Source: an uncultured candidatus Brocadiaceae bacterium (GTDB lineage: Bacteria > Planctomycetota > UBA1135 > UBA2386). Taken from it: 64,000 nucleotides of DNA. Positions 57,342 through 64,000 of this stretch are shown here, one piece after another. The DNA lies in the NCBI GenBank assembly GCA_964542765.1, contig CAZIVO010000005.1, forward strand, positions 1,888-65,887, in the 5' to 3' direction. The position numbers were made by a program, and so were the translations under genes. Under the pieces are notes generated by a model that saw only the letters and a program-made list of their open reading frames with translations, made no database searches and was not told the DNA's origin. Numbering within the stretch: position 1 is the stretch's first letter; each line of letters starts with the position of its first letter.

Positions 57342-58886
57342 ATGTCTGTCCACCGTCCCTTCCTACTGGTCGCTCTGGCGGCGCTGTTCGCCGTTTCGAG
57401 CACATGGTTTGGTCTCACCGTTCTCGCGACCGAAGGTCCGGCCTTCTCTTTCCCCGATGAGAGCGTCCTCGTGGAGCCGGTGCTGCTGCCCGAATCTTCG
57501 CCCGAAGAAGTGGGCGCTTCGCCGCCCGGTGTGACGATTCGATTGCGGCCGAAGGCTCGTGTTCTCCCGCCCCGTGCCTCGCCGCCTTGCCGCTTGCTGC
57601 GCGGCACGCGAGAAGTGTCAGGGAAAGTAGCTTGGGTCGCGGGTTCTGCGGCCTTGCCGGTAGGGCCGCATCGCAAGAGGGGTCGGCAGCTCGTGCGTGT
57701 GAGTCTGCCCACCGGCGAGGAATTTCATGCGGTGGTCACCCTCTCCCCCGACGAGGAAGAGATTCCGACAGTCGTTCTGGGCGGACCGTTCAGTTATCGA
57801 TCCAGGGTTGTTGATCGGGATGGCCACGCCATCGCCGATGCCAGGGTTTGGCTTGCAGGTCGTGAGTCGAAGAGCGATGGCGACGGGCGGTTTTTGGTCG
57901 AGAATCTACCCATTCGTTCAGGCTTACCAATGGTGATCCGGGCGCAGGGGAAGGCGACGCTCTTTCGTATTCTCGATCTCGCTGACGCACATCTTCGTGG
58001 TGATCTTCCGGCGCACGCTCTGGAGGATGGCGTCAGTCTCCACGTTCAACTGGCAGCTCCGATCTCGGGCGATGCTCCGCTCGGTCGGGTGTATCTCATG
58101 CCTGCGGATCAGGGCGGTGACAGTCGTTTGCGTCACTACCCATTCTTTCTTGCCGAGCATGGTGGCGGGATCAGCTTGAGTTCCGAAGGAACCTGCAAGA
58201 TCGAAGGCTTGCCCCGTGGTGTGGAGGTGCGCGTTGTTGCTCATCATCCTCGTTTGCGAATCGAGTCATCGGTCGTTGTTGAACTGGGTGATGACGTGAA
58301 TTACGCGATGGTCAAGGGGGCGGAGGCTCCGCTGCTATCCGGACGCGTCGTCGATTTGGCCGGGCAGCCAGCGCCGGGAGCCTCCGTGGTCAGTAGTGCC
58401 GATCGTGATGGCGAGTTCATCGCGCATGGTCAACTCCTTGGCTGGGTCCTGCCACCGGCTGTATTCCTGTCGGATTGTGACTGGGCCATGGCCGATGGAG
58501 ATGGCCGTTTCCTGCTCGCGCGTTCGGAGACGAACAGCTACGTCACCGTGGTTGCGCCGGGCTGTCACGGCATCCAGCAGAAGATCATGGGGCGAGCCCA
58601 AAATCTGGATCGCCAGTTCGTATTGCCGCATGTCGCACAAGGCGTGGAGTCGGGTGATGGCCCGGCCTTGGATGTTCGGGTGGGTCGTCCGGTGCGGATG
58701 CGCATCTGGCAACGGGCCCAGAGCTTGACGACCTGGTTTCCGTGGACGCCGGACCGACCGTATCACCTGGATTTGAAGGAGCCGGTCCTGATGGATGTGG
58801 ATATCGAGATTGATGGCCGGGACGAAGTCGTCACCGTCAAGGATGTTGCGGTGGTCGGCCGTGTGCCGCTGCAGGTGCCGAACTAG
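57342..58886 (+). CDS. Exported protein with carboxypeptidase-regulatory-like beta-sandwich repeats
   Basis: N-terminal hydrophobic segment; repeated (G)RVVD..G.P..GA.V...DGDGRF. Confidence 0.7.
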   Translation: MSVHRPFLLVALAALFAVSSTWFGLTVLATEGPAFSFPDESVLVEPVLLPESSPEEVGASPPGVTIRLRPKARVLPPRASPPCRLLRGTREVSGKVAWVAGSAALPVGPHRKRGRQLVRVSLPTGEEFHAVVTLSPDEEEIPTVVLGGPFSYRSRVVDRDGHAIADARVWLAGRESKSDGDGRFLVENLPIRSGLPMVIRAQGKATLFRILDLADAHLRGDLPAHALEDGVSLHVQLAAPISGDAPLGRVYLMPADQGGDSRLRHYPFFLAEHGGGISLSSEGTCKIEGLPRGVEVRVVAHHPRLRIESSVVVELGDDVNYAMVKGAEAPLLSGRVVDLAGQPAPGASVVSSADRDGEFIAHGQLLGWVLPPAVFLSDCDWAMADGDGRFLLARSETNSYVTVVAPGCHGIQQKIMGRAQNLDRQFVLPHVAQGVESGDGPALDVRVGRPVRMRIWQRAQSLTTWFPWTPDRPYHLDLKEPVLMDVDIEIDGRDEVVTVKDVAVVGRVPLQVPN

Positions 58887-59152
58887 AAGTCTGCGGGAAG
58901 GATTCACCCATTGGTCTCGGATCGAGAGACTTCCTGGGCCCCGTGTGAATGGAGCTTTGGCCCGGGAGGAGCGATGCTCATCGATCGATGGCCCCGGCCT
59001 CTGATTTCGAGGTAGTGTTGAGGTGGAAACCTCGGGCAAGGATCGGGGTTTCCAGGCCACCTCGAACGGCTCTCGAGCCGGGTGGGTGGTTCTATGCGTT
59101 GTGCTGCCGGAATCTTGGTGGGTGACGGCAGCCGGTTCTTTTCTGTTGTGTG

Positions 59153-59201
59153 AGGTTCGAGGCCGCAGATGGCATGACGCTGTCTGCGGCCTCAGCCTTT
59201 T
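59153..59201 (+). terminator. Long hairpin with short U-tract, candidate terminator/attenuator
   Basis: GAGGCCGCAGATGGC-ATGAC-GCTGTCTGCGGCCTC 15-bp stem (2 G:U), extended by AGGTT/AGCCT, followed by TTT. Confidence 0.6.
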
Positions 59202-59238
59202 GCCACCATCTGGCTGACTTGGCGTTATCGTGGCAGAT

Positions 59239-60603
59239 ATGTCATCGCTTGGCCGCGGCACTGTTATTTTGCGAGATCCCGTTCATGGGGATATCGAACT
59301 GACACGCGAAGAGGTCGCGGTCATCGACACCCCTGAGTTCCAGAGGTTGCGTGGTATCAAGCAACTGGGCACGGCTTATCTCGTGTTTCCCGGAGCCGTG
59401 CACACACGATTCGAGCACTCGATCGGGACCCTGCACATGGCCGAGAGGATGCTCGAGGCAGCGAACAAGAATGCCGCCCGTGACCCGGAACGTTGCTTGG
59501 GGGTGACACCGCAAGAGCGGCGCGTCCTGAGGCTGGCGGCGCTGGTGCATGACATCACTCATGTCCCTTTCGGTCACAATATAGAGGATCAGACGGGGTT
59601 GCTATCCAGGCACGACGAGCCTTCGCGATTCGAGAAGGTTCTCGGTGATACCCGGATTGGATCGGTTCTGGAGGGCTTCGGTGTTCGCGATGAAATCATC
59701 TCGATCCTCGCTGACCGAGGAGGAGAGATCCCTGAGTTTTGGCATCAGGTTCTTTCTGACACGATCGACTGTGATCTGATGGACTACCTCAAGCGGGATG
59801 CCTACTACACGGGTTTGGAACTTCGCTACGACCAGCGGGTGGCAGACTATTTTCGCATTGACCGATCGAGTGGGCGTTTGTTTGTCGATTGCGAAAAGAA
59901 CGGCATGCTGCGCGAGGACATCATGTCCGAGCTGCTGCGCATGCTGGAGACCCGCTATCACTTTTCGGAGCGCGTCTACTATCACCACGCCAAAATTTCG
60001 GCGGGTGCGTTGATCGCGCGAATGGTGGAGTTGGCACTGCGCTCGGGCGGGCTTTCGGCCGAGGATCTGCAGAGCAGCACGGACCAGTCCCTCCTGGAGG
60101 CCTTGGCGCATGTGGATCTTGGCGATGCCGATGACAATGAGAAGATGCGTCGCTTTGCGGCTCGCTTTTCACGGCGAGAATTGCCCAAGCGTGTTCTGGT
60201 CCTGCCGGTCTACCAGAATCGCGAGATCCAGGAACTGCTTCTGCAGGAGTATTTCCAGCCCGGTTCGCCCGAGAAACGCTTTGCCTGGGAGACGGAGATG
60301 GAGGATCGGGCCAGGGCTGAGTTCGACCAGGACCTGGACGTGATCATGTACTGTCCCGCGCGCAGTATGCAGCTCAAGCAGGCGCATACATTGGTGAGCT
60401 TGCCCGAGAGCGAGGGGAGGATTCTTCCTCTATCCAACTTTGCTGCCGAGATACCGCGCCTTCGGGATATCGAGGCGAGTTGCCTGCGCCTGTGGAAACT
60501 TTATGTCTTCACGTCGAGCAACGACCCATTGGTTCGCCGTCGGCTCCAGGAGATCTGTCTCGAGGCTCTCCCCAGGGGTTGTGAGAACGCCCTTAAACTG
60601 TGA
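59239..60603 (+). CDS. HD-domain phosphohydrolase (dNTP triphosphohydrolase/SAMHD1-YwfO-like)
   Basis: RDPVHG, FQRLRGIKQLG, HTRFEHSIG, LVHDITH.PFGH, DCDLMDYLKRD, VYYHH. Confidence 0.88.
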   Translation: MSSLGRGTVILRDPVHGDIELTREEVAVIDTPEFQRLRGIKQLGTAYLVFPGAVHTRFEHSIGTLHMAERMLEAANKNAARDPERCLGVTPQERRVLRLAALVHDITHVPFGHNIEDQTGLLSRHDEPSRFEKVLGDTRIGSVLEGFGVRDEIISILADRGGEIPEFWHQVLSDTIDCDLMDYLKRDAYYTGLELRYDQRVADYFRIDRSSGRLFVDCEKNGMLREDIMSELLRMLETRYHFSERVYYHHAKISAGALIARMVELALRSGGLSAEDLQSSTDQSLLEALAHVDLGDADDNEKMRRFAARFSRRELPKRVLVLPVYQNREIQELLLQEYFQPGSPEKRFAWETEMEDRARAEFDQDLDVIMYCPARSMQLKQAHTLVSLPESEGRILPLSNFAAEIPRLRDIEASCLRLWKLYVFTSSNDPLVRRRLQEICLEALPRGCENALKL

Positions 60604-60618
60604 TCCGGTAGCGGAGGG

Positions 60619-61680
60619 TCAGCTCTGGTAGCGAGCCTTGATCTGCGGCACCAGGTAATCGTCGAAGGCCTGCTTCAGGTCGTGCGCGGGAGCAAAACCC
60701 CAATCCCTGCGTGCGGCCGTGTCATCAACATCGGCTGGCCATGAATCGACGATGGCCTGACGCTGTGTGTCGGATACGAAGTCGATCTGCGCGTCGGGGA
60801 AGTGGGACAGCACCAGCTCTGCGAGCTTGCCGGCGCTGGCGCTGAAGCCGCGGACGTTGTAGACGGATTGTGTTAGCGAGTTTGCCTTGCCCTTGCCAAG
60901 TGCGAGGATGGCCCGGACAGCATCCGGCATGGTCAAGAATGGAATGCAGGTGTCAGGGCGGACGAAGCAGGCGTAGGCCTTTCCTTCTGCCGCAGCATGG
61001 ATCATCTCCGGGGCGAAGTCGCTGGTACCTCCGGAGGGCAGGGTTTCCGCACTGATCAGTCCGGGGAAGCGCAGGCACCGGAAGTCCAAGATTTGTTCGA
61101 TGCGATCCTGCGCGAGTTGTCGGTGGTGGCGTGCGTAGTAACGGCCGAGGTGTTCACAGTAGAGCTTGTTGCAGCCGTACATGGTGATTGGATGGAGGTA
61201 ATCGTCTTCACCAATGGCTCCGGCGGACTGCTTGGTCTCGAGATCGGAGAGTCCGTGCGCGGCGATGGAACTGGGGAAGACGAATTTCACCTTCTGCCCG
61301 TGGGAGCGGGCTTGTTCGGCAGCCAGACGCAGGAGTTCGAGGGTTCCGCCAACATTGACTTCGTGTGCTGTTTCCGGGGTGAACTCGGCTCTCGTCGAGA
61401 GCAAGGCCGCCAGATGATAGATGGCCCGGATCTCGAACATCGCGAGCAGGCGGCCGAGCAAGGAGCGGTCGCAGATGTCGCCGATGAAGGTCTCCAGACA
61501 CAGTTCGCGCAGTTCTGCATCGAGTTCGCGGATATCGACAGCGATGATGTCGCGTTGGCCGGCGCCGTGGAGCGATCGAATCAAGCTTTGTCCAACTTCG
61601 CCGCCAGCGCCGGTGATCAGGGTTGCGGTATGCCGACGCCCGCCGCGGGGCGCAGAGGACTGTGTGGAGGTGCTGGTCAT
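60619..61680 (-). CDS. NAD-dependent epimerase/SDR, GalE-like L-threonine 3-dehydrogenase type
   Basis: TGAGGEVG, HLAALLS, PSSIA, P.TMYGCNK, RFPGLIS, GGTSD, D.QRQAIVDSWP. Confidence 0.85.
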   Translation of the reverse strand: MTSTSTQSSAPRGGRRHTATLITGAGGEVGQSLIRSLHGAGQRDIIAVDIRELDAELRELCLETFIGDICDRSLLGRLLAMFEIRAIYHLAALLSTRAEFTPETAHEVNVGGTLELLRLAAEQARSHGQKVKFVFPSSIAAHGLSDLETKQSAGAIGEDDYLHPITMYGCNKLYCEHLGRYYARHHRQLAQDRIEQILDFRCLRFPGLISAETLPSGGTSDFAPEMIHAAAEGKAYACFVRPDTCIPFLTMPDAVRAILALGKGKANSLTQSVYNVRGFSASAGKLAELVLSHFPDAQIDFVSDTQRQAIVDSWPADVDDTAARRDWGFAPAHDLKQAFDDYLVPQIKARYQS

Positions 61681-61685
61681 TGTGG

Positions 61686-62747
61686 CTAGGAGCTTTGAGT
61701 GAAGCGCAGCAACCGGTCTCGAACGCAGTTGTAGACCGCGCTGGTCGCCCGAACATCATGAGCATTGTAGGTGGCGATATTCTCGATTTCGCCTCGTGCG
61801 TAGGCGGGGGCAACCATCGATCCGTCCATCTCACCCTTTGGACTTTCGATACCCAGTGACCAGCAGACAACATCGAGAGTCGAGGGGCCTCGCCATCTTC
61901 CGCCGAGAATCGGGAGCAGGTCGATGTGTCGTTGATTTGACCAGCGTCGGGAGACGAGGTCCACGTGGACATCGATTTCGTGGATGAGGCTACGGCCGAT
62001 CAGGAAAGGCACGTCGAAGCCTGTTCCATTGAAGCTGACAACCCGCTTGGACAGTGCTGCAAGACACCAGAAGGCGCGGAGGAGGTCGGCTTCCGACATC
62101 GGGCGGATCCACTCGGGAAAGTCGTCGTCCTCACGCCCTTGGGGAGGCACTGCCAGAACCGTGATGGCCTGATCATCGCCGGACTTTTCGCCATCGCCGA
62201 AGGCCAGCGAGACGATCTTGCCCAGGTACGGCGAGAGTCCCATGACCATCGACTCGTCCTGACTGTGTTTCTCGGCGTGCTTGGCCACTGTTTCGGCCAC
62301 GGTCTTGGGCAGGTCTCGCCGGTCGCATCGCGGCACGGTTTCGATATCGAACACGAGGGTTTCACAAGCGAGATCCTTGATCAGGGGATATCCGGCACCG
62401 AAGACCTTTTCCTCGTCGTAATCCTCGTCGAGGTCGGTCACGCGACGTAGTCGCTTGATGTTGAGTTGAACGGAGCCCTGATAGCGGTCTGCCTGGAAGG
62501 CGACCTTGACGACCATGCCGGGTTCGAGTTCGCCGGCTGCCTGGAGTTCTTCCGACCGATCGCCCCAGATCTTTGCCGGGAAGGTCCGCGAGCAGTCGCC
62601 GAGCTCAAGGTCGAAGTAGGGCTTGCCGGCCGAGGTCTTGCGCCGCTCGATGGAGCGAACCAGGGCGTGCGCGATCTGCAGGATATCGGGGCTTTCCTCG
62701 ACCGAGGCGAGATCTTTGATATCCGCGTGTTCGGAGATATCGCTCAC
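61686..62747 (-). CDS. OB-fold + PolB-like DEDD 3'-5' exonuclease fusion
   Basis: N-terminal KTSAGKPYFDLELGD.S..PAKIW (YhaM-like OB fold); FDIET, FNGTGFDVPFL, YNAHDV. Confidence 0.8.
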   Translation of the reverse strand: MSDISEHADIKDLASVEESPDILQIAHALVRSIERRKTSAGKPYFDLELGDCSRTFPAKIWGDRSEELQAAGELEPGMVVKVAFQADRYQGSVQLNIKRLRRVTDLDEDYDEEKVFGAGYPLIKDLACETLVFDIETVPRCDRRDLPKTVAETVAKHAEKHSQDESMVMGLSPYLGKIVSLAFGDGEKSGDDQAITVLAVPPQGREDDDFPEWIRPMSEADLLRAFWCLAALSKRVVSFNGTGFDVPFLIGRSLIHEIDVHVDLVSRRWSNQRHIDLLPILGGRWRGPSTLDVVCWSLGIESPKGEMDGSMVAPAYARGEIENIATYNAHDVRATSAVYNCVRDRLLRFTQSS

Positions 62748-63943
62748 CCCTTTATCTCGACCGAGCATGCAAATTCAGAGAGACGCTGAGTGGCAATTTC
62801 GAGTTCCTCCATCGAGACCGCATAACTCAGCCGCAAGAATCCTGGCGCTCCGAAAGGGCTGCCCGGCACGGTGGCGACCAGATGGTCATGCAGGATGCGC
62901 GAGGCTACTCCGATATCGTTGGTGTCGAGGCGGGAGCAGATTTCGCCGGCGTTGGCCATGACATAGAAAGCTCCCTTGGGCAGTTCTGCTGACAGGCCAT
63001 CGATGGCATTGATCTGTTCGACGAGGAATCGCCGCCGCTGGTCGAAGGCGCTCTTGCGGGCTGCGAGTTCCTCGGTGTAATCACCACAGCAGATCTCCAT
63101 TGCGGCCTCTTGGCTGATCGTGCAGGAATTGCCGATCACCTGGCTCTGAAGGCGGCCGGCAGCTGCGATCATGTCTGCGTGGCCGGCGAGGAAGCCTATC
63201 CTCCATCCAGTGAAGGAGTGGCTCTTGGTGCCGCCGTTGACGACGACGACGCGGTCGTGTTCCGTATCGAAGCTCGCTGGTGAGATGTGCTCACAATCGT
63301 CGTAGACCAGGCTCCCATAAATCTCGTCGGAGAGGATCCACATTCCGGCAGCCTCCGCCACATCGTGGATTCCCTGGACCAACTCCTTGTCCGGCACGGC
63401 TCCTGATGGATTGGAAGGATAATTGATGATGATGCCGCGAGCCCCGGTGGTTTTCGCGGCTTCGGCGATCTGTTCGGGGCTGTGCAGGAATCCTTGATCG
63501 GGAGTCGCTGGCAGGATGACCGGCTCACCGCCTGCGACATGGACCAGGGATGGATAGGAAACCCAGTAGGGGGCCAACAGGAGGATCCGATCGCCGGGTT
63601 CGACGAGGCTCATCAGTGCCATGTGCAGGGCCGCCTTGACTCCTGATGTGACCATCACCTCGTTGGGTGCATAGGTCAGGCCGTAGCAGTTCTGGAACCA
63701 CCCGGCTGCTGCTTGCCTGAGCTTCGGGAGGCCCGAGGCGGCCGTGTAGCGGGTACGGCCCTCCCGGATTGCCTGGATTCCGGCCTCGGCGATCGTCTCG
63801 GGGGTGGGGAAGTCGGGCTCGCCCGCACTCAGGGAGATGACGTTCTGGCCTTCGCTTCGGAGCTTGGCTGCCTGGGCTGAGATCGCCAGCGTTGCTGATT
63901 CGGCGAGGCTAGCGGTTCTTGAGTTAGGGGTTACAGATCTCAT
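62744..63943 (-). CDS. Class I/II PLP aminotransferase (aspartate aminotransferase-like)
   Basis: GEPDFPTP, PYWVSY, NYPSNPSG, SDEIY, TKSHSFTGWRIG, GAFY, RLSYA. Confidence 0.93.
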   Translation of the reverse strand: MRSVTPNSRTASLAESATLAISAQAAKLRSEGQNVISLSAGEPDFPTPETIAEAGIQAIREGRTRYTAASGLPKLRQAAAGWFQNCYGLTYAPNEVMVTSGVKAALHMALMSLVEPGDRILLLAPYWVSYPSLVHVAGGEPVILPATPDQGFLHSPEQIAEAAKTTGARGIIINYPSNPSGAVPDKELVQGIHDVAEAAGMWILSDEIYGSLVYDDCEHISPASFDTEHDRVVVVNGGTKSHSFTGWRIGFLAGHADMIAAAGRLQSQVIGNSCTISQEAAMEICCGDYTEELAARKSAFDQRRRFLVEQINAIDGLSAELPKGAFYVMANAGEICSRLDTNDIGVASRILHDHLVATVPGSPFGAPGFLRLSYAVSMEELEIATQRLSEFACSVEIKG

Positions 63944-64000
63944 GATGCCGGCCCGAAGAGTAGTCACATGGGCGGTTTGATGCCAAACATGGGAAGAAGA

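Noticed and set aside
59239..62747. Anti-phage defence island (dNTPase + exonuclease)
   Set aside because: The genes are convergent, separated by a metabolic gene and flanked by housekeeping genes, with no other defence or mobility markers.
1..64000. tRNA, rRNA, tmRNA, transposase, integrase or prophage genes
   Set aside because: None recognised by eye; tRNAscan-SE and cmscan would be needed to exclude divergent RNAs.

Overview
GC-rich, gene-dense bacterial chromosomal segment with about 58 protein-coding genes. It is most likely from Planctomycetota/PVC, inferred from the planctomycete cytochrome c-DUF1549/DUF1553 + DUF1501 + sulfatase trio. Core genes include addB-addA-like helicase/nuclease, thyA-folA, trxB, a Leu/Phe/Val dehydrogenase, an archaeal/eukaryotic-type (type II) methionine aminopeptidase, msrP, tdh-kbl, crcB, hppA, rsfS, an HD-domain dNTPase-like protein, a class I/II aminotransferase, three ABC ATPases and dispersed glycosyltransferase/flippase genes. 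I found no rRNA, tRNA, CRISPR array, integrase or transposase. Most interesting signals: (1) one ~130-aa Cys-paired C-terminal module ends three otherwise unrelated exported proteins, basic on the two cargo proteins and acidic on a stand-alone membrane-anchored copy; this is a candidate surface display/sorting system. (2) A cassette-like zone at 30.2-36.8 kb has three families of degenerate dispersed repeats at gene junctions, including an inverted pair bracketing a desaturase gene. (3) Two hairpin-rich intergenic regions (10.76-11.03 kb, 58.9-59.2 kb) are ncRNA/leader candidates. (4) There are unusual fusions: DedA + RuvA-C-like, YhaM-like OB fold + DEDD exonuclease, and HExxH + PmoA/DUF6807. 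All family calls are by eye from motifs; no database searches were run, and refined start codons are estimates.
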